The notes beneath the pieces are model-generated. The model was not told the DNA's origin. It made no database searches and was given only the letters and a program-made list of their open reading frames with translations. This document shows positions 38,253-49,369 of a stretch of 64,000 bases of DNA, piece by piece (position 1 is the stretch's first letter; every line of letters starts with the position of its first letter). Origin of the DNA: Podarcis muralis. Taxonomy: Eukaryota. Position numbers and translations under genes: made by a program. The stretch covers positions 23,064,001 through 23,128,000 of the forward strand of contig NC_135667.1 of the NCBI RefSeq assembly GCF_964188315.1, in the 5' to 3' direction.

Positions 38253-41200
38253 ATGGAAAACATTTTCAGCAGGATCTGGGTGATGGTGATGTTGCTACTT
38301 GTACTCCTATGCCATAGTGTATGCATGACAAATTTGATTAATTGCACCATGTTTGATGATCGTCTCCTGATTCCTCATGGATTTTATCAACCAGGGGACC
38401 TGCTCATTGGAGGGATTGTATCTCAGGTCTTATTCCTCTATAATAACCTTTCTTTCATGGAACAGCCTGCAAAAATCTTGATTAATGAACCCATGTAAAG
38501 CATCATCTTCTCTCTCTCTTTCCCTTTCTCTCTCTCTCTCTCTCTCTTCCTGTAATATGTTTAGTCCATAGTGACTCAGAATGCATCATTAAGTAAAACT
38601 GTGCTTAAGTAAAATTATTTAGTTTTTGGTATGAGCGTAGCTTGCCCAGTCTATTCCCGTCTTGTACAATGATAAACTCAGAATTAGTGAAGGATCTGAA
38701 TCTCTATTGAGAGTATGTTTGTGATATTTGTGGTTGGAAATACAATATGGTCTTGCACATACTTTTTGAATTTAAAAGTGTGCACACAAATTATTGTACA
38801 GGTACATGGTTTGTAAAATATTATTTTGGAATTGGCCCTCAGTCATAACAAACTGGGTCAGTATAGGTGATATTTTAAATATAGGTGAGTTCATTCTTGT
38901 AGGCTCTCCTTTGTACTTTCCACCTGCAGGATCGTTTCTCATTTCACTTTCTCATTTCACTTGAGAGACAGTGTGGTGTAGTGGTTAAGAGCAGTAGTCT
39001 CGTAATCTGGGGAACCGGGTTCACGTCTCCACTCCTCCACATGCAGCTGCTGGGTGACCTTGGGCTAGTCACACTTCTTTGAAGTCTCTCAGCCCCACTC
39101 ACCTCACATAGTGTTTGTTGTGGGGGAGGAAGGGAAAGGAGAATGTTGGCTGCTTTGAGACTCCTTAAAGGGAGTGAAAGGCGGGATATCAAATCCAAAC
39201 TCCTCTTCTTCTTCTCTTCTTTCTTTGGGTATAAGCACTGCAACTGAATTAAAATATATCTGGCCCCTGATATCATAAATGATCCAGATCAGTTGCTTGA
39301 TCTGTTGCTTACTTATTATTATGTATATTTAATGTTTGATTTAACCTGCTGCTAAACAGATTTTCAATAATAAATGCAGGAAATGAAATAAATGTGTATG
39401 GAGAAGGCAAAAATACTCCTATTCTGCTCCTAAAAATAAGTGGAGGGGGCAGTTTGATCAACAATGAGATTGTCCCCAAATTTTTGCCCCCCCTTCATTT
39501 CATTATACTGTAGACTACCACTTCTCCTGAGTAGTTAGTATTTACTGAGTTCTACTCAAAGCAGACTCATTAAAATGAAAAAAGTCCTATATTAGTTTTG
39601 CTCATTAAGTCAATGGTCTATTCTGACTAATTCTGGTTCCTAACCAGCATTTTTTTTTGCTACATTTAACTTTTGAAATGATGCCAATAAATGATTATTA
39701 TAAATTCAACAAATTATTATTATTGTTGTTGTTGTTGTTATTTGATTAAAGAGCCTGTAACTCTAATTGCAGTTCAGTGCCCAAGAACTACCAGCATGTC
39801 ATGGCTTTCGCATTTGCTGTAAAAGAGATAAATGAGAATCTCAACATTTTATCAAATGTTTCCCTGGGGTTCCACATCCTCAATAGCTACTACACTGCAG
39901 GAATGACTTATAAGGCCACACTGAACCTGCTTTCCACACAGCAGAGGTTTGTCACCAACTTCAAGTGCCACCACCAGAGCAAGCTGATAGCTCTCATTGG
40001 AGGATGTATCTCTGAGATCTCTGCCAACGTAGCCATTATTTCTGCAATCCACAAAATTCCACAGGTAAGTTGTATGTATGAGAGTATGGAGATTCCACAA
40101 CTGTGCGCATTGTCTTGATTTCTGTAAAACAGATGACTTCTTGTGATATTTTATTTAGCAATTATTTAGCACATTCTCTTGAATAGCTTAGATGAAACTG
40201 GGAAGCACTAATAGGCAGATGACAGAAAACAGGGAGTGATAGTAGCCAGCGCAACTTAAACCCCCAATTTGCCATGCTTGGAGAGGGGTGTTGGATGGAA
40301 CAGAGGTTTCTTCCAGCTAGGTGTTGGTTAGACAAGAAAATATGATGTTTGTTGCATGTGGACAAAGTATTATTATAGGAGGGGGCTATAAAACAATGTG
40401 TCTGTTATCAGATCCAATATGAACTCAAATTTATCTATAGTTTATTTCAAAACAACTGTTACATGCAGGCACGTCCAAAGTCCATCCTGGGGGCCTAATC
40501 TGACCCACCGCTTGGTTTAATCCGGCCTTTGTGACAGTTTATTTGCCGTGGTAAAATCCTATAAAAAGCTCTACAACTTTGGTTGGCCCTCTCACAAGTA
40601 TACTTCATCAAATCTGGCCCTCTTTGAAAAATTTTTGGACACCCCTGGTTACATGGAAAATCTCATACCACCTAGGTTTCACATTTTGGAGGTGTGACAA
40701 AACTAAAGCATTCTAAAGTCAGTATTGTTATCATATTGCAAAACTCACAGAATATAATACCCAAAATGAGACAATTATTAAAGTTCTTGTCTTCAGGTAA
40801 AAGTAGGAAGCCACGTGCCGTGGATGCTTTAATTCTAAATTTCCTGCATCACACAGGATATTAGACTATAAGCAGAGCCACATGAAAAACTTTGATTCAA
40901 TTATTTACCATTCTTTTGAAATCTATCCTGAAAAGGTATTATATATTTTATTCCAGCTCACTTATGGATCATTTTTGCCTGTAAAAAGTATCAGAATGCA
41001 ATTCCCATTTTTATACCAGATGGTTCCAAATGAAACTCATCAGCACACGGGAGTTGTTCTGTTACTTCAGCATTTCAGATGGACCTGGGTTGGGCTCTTG
41101 GCTGTGGCTGATGACAAAGGGGACCAGTTTTTACAGACCATGGTGCCAATGCTTTCTGAGAATGGCATCTGTTCTGCCTTCATAGATAGAATACCAAAGC

Positions 41201-43150
41201 GGGCATATTTTGATGAGTTGATTGACTTGATGATAAAGCGCTGGGAAAATTATGTAATCATCAGTGACAAAAAAGTGAATGCATTATTTGTATATGGAGA
41301 ACCACCATCTTTTCAGATTTTGAGAGTGTTACTGTTTCTAGCACCTTTCTTGTCACTTCCGCCTCTGTGTAAAGTATGGATTATTACATCCCACTGGGAT
41401 TTTGCATCACTGTCTGTTCAGAAGATATGGGATATACAAACCTTCCATGGTGCCATATCATTCACAGTTCACTCAAAACAGCCCCAAGGATTCCAAAAGT
41501 TTATTCAGACGATTAGACCTTCCTGGGTTAAAGGAGATGGTTTTGTCCAGGACTTCTGGGAACAGGCATTCAGCTGTTCATTAAAAGTGTACAATGGACT
41601 AGGAGAGAGAAAGAAAGTGTGCACTGGAGAAGAGAAACTGGAGAGCCTTTCTGGAATTTTGTTTGAAGGGAAGATGACTGGTCACAGCTACAATGTCTAC
41701 AATGCTGTCTATGCTGTGGCACATGCTTTAAATAAAATCAGTTCCCAACATCGGAGCTTCAGAGGGAGTCTGAAACTTCAGGATGTGCAACCATGGCAGG
41801 TAATTGCAGTTTAAAGAACAATACAGTTAAGATTATGATGCAGAAGTAAAGGTAAGTTCTTTTCATTTTTCTTTTTGTCAATCTATTTTGATAATTCCTT
41901 CCAACCCCATTTGAAACAGTGATTTATTCATTGTTTTAATTCATTGCTACTCATGTATATGGAGGTCTGTCAGGGAAAAAGGAGAATGGTGGTGGTTGTG
42001 ATAGACAGATACAAATATGTCATCAAATAAACTATTCAAAAATGTGTTTGACAAGTCTTTGGAAATGATTTCAAGAATTTGCTGTCTCTTTGTCCACATT
42101 CTTTTTATTTTAGGTCCATCACATTCTAAGGAGGATTGCATTCAACAACAGTGAAGGAGATACTGTGTCTTTTGATGAAAATGGTGAATTAGTTACAAGT
42201 TTTGATATTACAAACTGGCTGATGTTCCCCAATGGCTCTGTGGTTCGAGTGAAAGTTGGAAGGCTGGAACCTCAGGCACCTCAAGGCAAACAGTTAGCTA
42301 TTAATGATGATCAAATTGTGTGGAATCAAGGCTTTAACCAGGTAAGAATCATCTATAACGGCTGCTGTTGCTGCTTGTGTGAGTGTTGGGAAGACTGCTC
42401 CCTCCTCTGCCAACTCCATCCGGCCTAGGGGGCAGGACCTGCACTCACTGCCAGGGCCTCCATCAAGGCCTCCGGGACACGGCTGCTGTTACTGCTTGTG
42501 TGAGTGTTGGGAGGACCGCTCCCTTTTCTGCCAACTCCATCTGGCCTAGGGGGCGGGGCCTGCACTTACCGCCACAGCATAAGAGGCCTGAGAGAGGCCT
42601 CCGGGACACGGCTGCTGTTGCTGCTTGTGTGAGTGTTGGGAAGACTGCTCCCTCCTCTGCCAACTCCATCCGGCCTAGGGGGCAGGACCTGCACTCACTG
42701 CCAGGGCCTCCATCAAGGCCTCCGGGACACGGCTGCTGTTACTGCTTGTGTGAGTGTTGGGAGGACCGCTCCCTCTTCTGCCAACTCCATCTGGCCTAGG
42801 GGGCGGGGCCTGCACTCACCGTCACAGCATAAGAGGCCTGAGAGAGGCCTCCGGGACACGGCTGCTGTTGCTGCTTGTGTGAGTGTTGGGAAGACTGCTC
42901 CCTCCTCTGCCAACTCCATCCAGCCTAGGGGGCGGGGCCTGCACTACCACTACAGTTTAGAGGCCTGAGCAGCTACCGGCAGCAATGGACAAAATGGTTT
43001 TAAATGTTTTAATTGTTTTTAATTTGCAGCACCTTAAATGGTTGTTGTTGTTTTTTATAATATTATATTATTTTACTATTTTATTTTTGCTTGGGGAGGG
43101 ATAAGCATTTAGTCAGCGCTATTGTTTCTTGTTTTATTTTGTTCTGTTTT

Positions 43151-43189
<39 letters not shown>

Positions 43190-46100
43190 TGTTAAATTAT
43201 TATATAATTTGTATTTTGCTTTTTAAGGGGTGGGGTCAGGGCTGCCTGGGAGTGGGTCCCAGCAAACAAAATGGCTGGGGCATGTTCCACAGGGGGGATG
43301 CACTGGGACAACCGATCTCAGTGATCATGGGTAGGAGGAGGAGTTACGCTAAGACCAGACCATGTCATTACTGAGAAGGCAGGTTTAGTCGTTGTCTGAG
43401 GACTATCCCTGCCTCCAGGTCTGGTCCTGACCGGAAGGATACTAGAATCAGCAAGGGAAACCCACATGACCTGAAAGTGTTGCTGTGCAATGCCAGGTCA
43501 ATGATGAATAAAACCACTGCCATCCACGACCTGATTGTGGATGGAGGATTTGACCTGGCATGTGTGACAGAGACCTGGTTGGATGAAGCAGATGGGCCTG
43601 TCCTTGCCGCTGCTTGCCCACCAGGCTTCTCTTACGCACAGCAACCCAGGTCATGTGGGCGGGGAGGGGGGGTTGCAGTGATTTTTAGGAAGTCATTAGT
43701 CTGCACCAGGCGTCCTATTGGGAAGACCCAGTTCTCTGAGTGCATGTTCTGGAAGTTGGGCAATAGGGGCAGTACAGGATTCCTACTGGTGTATCGACCT
43801 CCCCGCTGCACCAAGGATTCCCTGCCCGAGCTGCTTCAGGTCGTGGCGGATATGCTCCTGGAGACACCTAGCTTGGTTGTCCTGGGGGATTTTAACATCC
43901 ATGCCGACACGACCTTACAAGGGGCCGCTCGGGACTTCGTGGAAAGCATGGCCTCCATGGGGCTGTCCCTGAATAAGTTTGGCCCAACTCATAGCCATGG
44001 ACATGCCTTAGACTTGGTGTTCACCTCTATGGATGTTGGTGATCTGACACTAACTAAAAGCGAAACAAAAGAAGTGCCATGGTCAGATCACTTCCTGGTG
44101 CAACTGGACTTCTCCGCAACCCTTCCCCTCTGCAGGGAGGTGGGACCGATTCGGATGGTCCGCCCCCGCCACTTAATGGATCCAATTGGCTTCCAGAGAG
44201 TGGTAGGGGATGCTTTATCCCAAGTTGATGGCCTTTCAGCTGATTCCCTGGTGGCACGCTGGAATGCGGAGTTAACCAGGGCTATTGGCTGTCTGGCTCC
44301 GAAGCGCCCTCTCCGATTGCATGGAGCCCGGACAGCCCCGTGGTTTTCCCCGGAGCTGAGGGTGATGAAACAATCGTTGAGACGGCTAGAGCGCCGGTGG
44401 CGGAAAACTCATTCTGAATCAGACCGGAAACGGGTTAGAGCTCAACGTCGAGCCTACCAAGTGGCAATGGCGACGGCGAAGAGGGCCTTCTTCGCCGCCT
44501 CCATTGCATCTGCAGAAAACAGCAGCAGGAGACTTTTTCAGGTGGTTCGCAATCTATCGGAACCACCTGTACCACCGGGGCCTGGTAGGGACCCCAAGAT
44601 CTCCTGCAATGCTTTTGCAAAGTTTTTTGCAGATAAAATCGCTCAGATTCAGAACGAGGTAGACTCCACCGTGGGAGCAGGGCCAGGGTGGGAGAGTGCT
44701 AGAGTTCTGTCTGGTCCTGTTACATGGGATCAATTCCAGTCTGTTACCTCCGAGGATGTGGACAGGCTGCTTGGAAAAGTGAAAGCGACCACCTGTCTCC
44801 TTGATCCTTGCCCATCCTGGCTGATAAAAGCGAGCCGGGAAGGGCTGGGCGATGGGCTCTGCGGGGTGGTGAATGCTTCCCTCTGTGAGGGAGCCTTCCC
44901 AGACCCGCTGAAAGAGGCGGTCATTAAACCGCTTCTTAAAAAAACATCTTTAGACCCGGCCAATTTGGCCAACTATCGCCCAGTCTCAAATCTGCCATTC
45001 TTGGGCAAGGTGATTGAGCGGGTGGTTGCTGAACAACTCCAAGCACGCCTGGAGGAAACGGACCATTTGGATCCCTTCCAATCGGGATTCAGGTCTCACC
45101 ATGGGACTGAAACTGCCTTGGTCGCACTGGTTGATGATCTCCGGCGGGCTAGGGACAAAGGTGAGAGCTGTTTCCTAGTTCTGCTGGATCTCTCAGCGGC
45201 CTTTGACACCATCGACCATAACATCCTTCTGGACCGTCTAGAGGGGTTGGGAGCTGGGGGCACTGTCATACAGTGGTTCCGCTCCTTCCTCCTGGGCCGT
45301 GTCCAGAAAGTGGTGGTGGGGGATGAGTGTTCAGACCCCTGGGCTCTCACTTGTGGGGTGCCTCAGGGTTCTGTCCTCTCCCCCATGCTTTTTAATATCT
45401 ATATGAAGCCGCTGGGAGAGATCATCAGGGGGTTTGGACTGGGTGTTCATCAGTACGCAGATGACACCCAGCTCTACCTCTCCTTTAAATCAGAACCAGT
45501 GAAGGCGGTGAAGGTCCTGTGTGAGTGCCTGGAGGCGGTTGGAGGATGGATGGCGGCTAACAGACTGAGGTTGAATCCTGACAAGACAGAAGTACTGTTT
45601 TTGGGGGACAGGGAGCGGGTTGGTGTGGGGGATTCCCTGGTCTTGAATGGGGTAACTGTGCCCCTAAAGGACCAGGTGCGTAGCCTGGGAGTCATTTTGG
45701 ACTCACAGCTGTCCATGGAGGCGCAGGTTAACTCTGTGTCCAGGGCAGCTGTCTACCAGCTCCACCTGGTACGCAGGCTAAGACCCTACCTACCCGCGAA
45801 CTGTCTCGCCAGAGTGGTGCATGCTCTAGTTATCTCACGCTTGGACTACTGCAACGCGCTCTACGTGGGGCTACCTTTGAAGGTGACCCAGAAACTGCAA
45901 TTAATCCAGAATGCGGCAGCTAGACTGGTGACTGGGAGTGGCCGCCGGGATCATATAACACCGGTTCTGAGAGACCTGCATTGGCTCCCAGTACGTTTCC
46001 GAGCACGATTCAAAGTGTTGGTGCTGACCTTTAAAGCCCTAAACGGCCTCGGTCCTGTATACCTGAAGGAGCGTCTCCACCCCCATCATTCAGCCCGGAC

Positions 46101-46385
46101 ACTGAGATCCAGCGCCGAGGGCCTTCTGGCGGTTCCCTCATTGCGAGAAGTGAGGCTACAGGGAACCAGACAGAGGGCCTTCTCGGTAGTGGCGCCCGCC
46201 CTGTGGAACGCCCTCCCATTAGATGTCAAAGAGATAAATAATTACCTGATATTCAGAAGACATCTTAAGGCAGCCCTGTTCAGGGAAGTTTTTAATATGT
46301 AACGCTGTACTGTTTTTAACACTGATTGGGAGCCGCCCAGAGTGGCTGGGGAAACTCAGCCAGATGGGCGGGGTATAAATAATAA

Positions 46386-46427
<42 letters not shown>

Positions 46428-46980
46428 AGTGCTTAGTTACAAGAGCCAACTGACTCACGCCACAGTGCAAAACTAAAAAAAAAAAAAAAGCTAATTCAGG
46501 GAGGGCTTAACACGGAACAATTGCCTCTCAGAAGGAGGCTTTAATTACCTCCCTAGCCCAGCCGGCTGTCCCTTCTCTGATAGTATTTATAAGCCATGAG
46601 GAACAATGGGTTACATTGTAAGTGGTTTCCTGACTGAGCCAGACATGTTGTCCACATCCTCAGGATGTTCTCAAAACACATCACCACTAATAGTATTTCA
46701 TGCATATAACAGGTGCTGCCGCTTTCTGTTTGCAATGAGAACTGTTACCCAGGCTATAGCAGAAAAAAGAAAGAGGGGAAGAAATTTTGCTGCTATGATT
46801 GTGCTCCATGCCCAGAAGGAATGATCTCTCACCAGAAGGGTAGGAGACATATGTACAGAGATATCAAGGAATTTCCATAAAGGTGGTAATGGTGCTGGTG
46901 ATGATTACTATTATTATTGAATGTGCATCCATTGAATATCTATGACTTTGGTTCACATTAAGAACTTCAACAATCATTTT

Positions 46981-47023
<43 letters not shown>

Positions 47024-47982
47024 CAGATTGATAGTGAAATTGATCAGATAATATATGAAAGAAGTTCAAGGAAACAAAAGGGTCCATTCTTACTATTTTT
47101 TTTTATAAATAAATCCTTTAAACAGAAGTCAGTGTGAGGTCATGTCCATGACAGATTAGCACCTGGTTCATTTGTGGTAGAAGTCTTGGCAAACTGTGAA
47201 GGAGTATTCCCTCTTCCCCTTTCTAACCTGTTCTGCACACCCTTCTCTTAATGCAACATAGACTCAGCAATAGGAGAAGAGCAGCAATTAGTCAACATGA
47301 TTTTATGTGCCCAAGATGCAGCACGGAACAAATCAACTTAGTAGAAGAGCTTCAGAATTGTTTAAACACATTTCAGGGACAAAGCTGTGGGTCAATATTA
47401 TCCCTTTTTTCTCATATGTCCATTTTCTGTGGAGGTAATTGCATGTTTTAAGATAAAAAATGGTGGTATCAGCTCCAATGTATATCTAGGTTCCAAAGGA
47501 TTTAGGGCTGGATTTCAGACCACTAGCCTGGAAGGTAGATCGGTTTTCTTTGTGCATCCCTGTTTTAGTCAGAGCTTTCCCATAATATTCAAACCACTGC
47601 ATGCCCAATCCTGAGCCCAGGATAAGTATTTACTTTGGAGAAAAGAGCTATTTCACTCCTTTTCATTCTCCCCTTGTTAATGGGGATTGTATCGCCTTAG
47701 GTCAGAAGTAAGAATATGCTAAGGTATAATGCTTCCACATATCCAATAACTGTGTTGTGATTTATGTCTGTAATTTCTCTGTTTTCTTACAACAAATGAA
47801 TGTTTTAATTTAGCCTAGTTGGGAGCTACGTTCTCGAGTTATACAACCATTTATCAGACACTGTTCCATGACATCACTCACAAAAGATCCCCCTCCTGTC
47901 TAGGAGGCTGGTAAATGGGAATGCTGGTGGCAGGTGCACACATGAAGTTTCCCAACACACATGTGTACAACAACATATGCAA

Positions 47983-48037
<55 letters not shown>

Positions 48038-48995
48038 GGTATAGATGTTGGGCTACCCTTAGAAATACTTAAACTGTTCTTCCTTTTTTTCAGACATGGA
48101 TGCTTGTGTGAATTGTCCTGAAGATCAGTATCCCAACAAAGACCAAACTCAGTGCATTCCCAAAATTATAAGCTACCTCTCTTACAGAGAAGATTTAGCA
48201 ATCGCCTTAACTAGCTTGGCTATTATTTTCTCTTTTGTCACAATTGTAGTACTTGGAATTTTTATGAAGCACAAGGACACTCCCATAGTGAAAGCCAACA
48301 ACCGAATGCTCACCTACATCCTCCTCTTCTCCCTCCTCCTTTGCTTCCTCTGTTCTTTGCTCTTCATTGGACAACCTGGAAAGGCAACCTGCCTTCTACG
48401 TCAAACCACTTTTGGCATTGTCTTCTCTGTGGCCCTTTCTTCTGTGTTGGCAAAGACCATCACTGTGGTTGTGGCATTTATGGGAACAAAACCAGGATCC
48501 AGGATGAGGAAATGGGTGGGGAAAAGACTGGCTAATTCTGTTGTTCTCTCCTGCTCTTTTATTCAGGCTGCCATTTGTACTCTTTGGTTAAGTTCTGCTC
48601 CTCCATTCCCAGGCAGAGACATGCATTCAGTGAAGGGTGAAATCATACTAGAATGTAATGAGGGTTCTGTTTCCATGTTTTACTGTGTCCTGGGCTATAT
48701 GGGTTTCCTAGCCATTGTCAGCTTCATTGTGGCTTTTCTTGCCAGGAAGTTGCCAAACAGTTTCAATGAAACCAAATTTATCACTTTCAGCATGTTGGTG
48801 TTTTGCAGTGTATGGTTATCCTTTATTCCAACCTACCTGAGCAGAAAAGGAAAGTACATGGTAGCTGTGGAGATCTTCTCCATCTTGTCATCCAGTGCTG
48901 GATTATTGGGTTGTATCTTTTCCCCTAAATGTTATGTCATTGTACTCAGGCCCGAGCTTAACAGCAGAGAGCAACTCGTCAGAAAAAGGAAATGA
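38253..48995 (+). CDS. Vmn2r: V2R gene E, complete: join(38253-38494,39773-40064,40957-41799,42114-42341,46713-46839,48094-48995), 877 aa
   Basis: Canonical exons, GT-AG junctions, 2634 bp open frame; intron 4 is expanded by a LINE. Confidence 0.91.
38963..39220 (+). mobile_element. Squam3-like SINE, gene E intron 1 only
   Basis: Same family as the 14250 copy; absent at the paralogous gene D site (about 28060). Confidence 0.85.
40466..40647. mobile_element. hAT-type MITE, gene E intron 2 only
   Basis: 8-bp TSD GTTACATG (40458-40465, 40648-40655), imperfect TIR; single-copy empty site in gene D at 29293-29300. Confidence 0.85.
42359..42965 (+). repeat. Tandem monomer array at the LINE 5' end (121/129-bp alternating units, 250-bp higher-order period)
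   Basis: Units begin CGGCTGCTGTT at 42359, 42480, 42609, 42730 and 42859. Confidence 0.9.
43477..46302 (+). CDS. LINE ORF2 (AP endonuclease + reverse transcriptase), 941 aa
   Basis: APE motifs NARS, VTETWL, GDFN, SDH; RT motifs [40 protein letters not shown]; L2-type C-terminus [14 protein letters not shown]. The listed start is non-ATG; an in-frame TGA lies at 43372-43374. Confidence 0.93.
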   Translation: MLLCNARSMMNKTTAIHDLIVDGGFDLACVTETWLDEADGPVLAAACPPGFSYAQQPRSCGRGGGVAVIFRKSLVCTRRPIGKTQFSECMFWKLGNRGSTGFLLVYRPPRCTKDSLPELLQVVADMLLETPSLVVLGDFNIHADTTLQGAARDFVESMASMGLSLNKFGPTHSHGHALDLVFTSMDVGDLTLTKSETKEVPWSDHFLVQLDFSATLPLCREVGPIRMVRPRHLMDPIGFQRVVGDALSQVDGLSADSLVARWNAELTRAIGCLAPKRPLRLHGARTAPWFSPELRVMKQSLRRLERRWRKTHSESDRKRVRAQRRAYQVAMATAKRAFFAASIASAENSSRRLFQVVRNLSEPPVPPGPGRDPKISCNAFAKFFADKIAQIQNEVDSTVGAGPGWESARVLSGPVTWDQFQSVTSEDVDRLLGKVKATTCLLDPCPSWLIKASREGLGDGLCGVVNASLCEGAFPDPLKEAVIKPLLKKTSLDPANLANYRPVSNLPFLGKVIERVVAEQLQARLEETDHLDPFQSGFRSHHGTETALVALVDDLRRARDKGESCFLVLLDLSAAFDTIDHNILLDRLEGLGAGGTVIQWFRSFLLGRVQKVVVGDECSDPWALTCGVPQGSVLSPMLFNIYMKPLGEIIRGFGLGVHQYADDTQLYLSFKSEPVKAVKVLCECLEAVGGWMAANRLRLNPDKTEVLFLGDRERVGVGDSLVLNGVTVPLKDQVRSLGVILDSQLSMEAQVNSVSRAAVYQLHLVRRLRPYLPANCLARVVHALVISRLDYCNALYVGLPLKVTQKLQLIQNAAARLVTGSGRRDHITPVLRDLHWLPVRFRARFKVLVLTFKALNGLGPVYLKERLHPHHSARTLRSSAEGLLAVPSLREVRLQGTRQRAFSVVAPALWNALPLDVKEINNYLIFRRHLKAALFREVFNM
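46984..47021. repeat. (GT)n microsatellite; others at 47986-48034, 53366-53398, (TTG)n 28530-28566, (TAT)n 43153-43187
   Basis: Read directly from the sequence. Confidence 0.95.
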
Positions 48996-49369
48996 AATAA
49001 TATATCCATCTCATTAATCTGTTGCTTTATTAATAGAAATTATGGTGTTGAAGGGATTTCAGGAGAATTTGAGCATAATTTCTTAGGAAAATATCTCTCT
49101 TCACATTCCCATGAGTGGACTTGAACCAGGAATATACTATCTCAAGAGGGTTGTCTATCTTGTTTCTATCTTCTTAAACACCCACATATTGTCTGCTTCT
49201 CCAAATGCCCTTCTGGGTTCACAATGAAGTTCCATCTATTAGTACATTCCTAATGAGAGAATTTCACTTCACCTGACTTCCTTCCTATGTGTTTACTCAT
49301 AAAAATGTAGACACTACTAACATGGTCGGGTTTGCGTTTTTACCACCAGGAATCTTTAGAAAAACGAAA

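Larger units (their letters stand above)
42359..46423 (+). mobile_element. Near full-length L2-clade LINE in intron 4 of gene E, sense orientation, TSD TATAA
   Basis: APE and RT ORF, tandem-monomer 5' end and (TAT)n tail. TATAA at 42354-42358 and 46424-46428; the paralogous empty site in gene D (CATCTATAAGTGC, about 33148-33160) has a single copy. Confidence 0.92.

Noticed and set aside
42359-42965. Regular repeats superficially like a CRISPR array
   Set aside because: Vertebrate DNA; the units are contiguous 121/129-bp monomers without unique spacers and belong to a LINE.
43477-46302. 941-aa ORF as a domesticated or host gene
   Set aside because: It has a TSD, a microsatellite tail and an empty paralogous site, so it is an ordinary recent LINE insertion.
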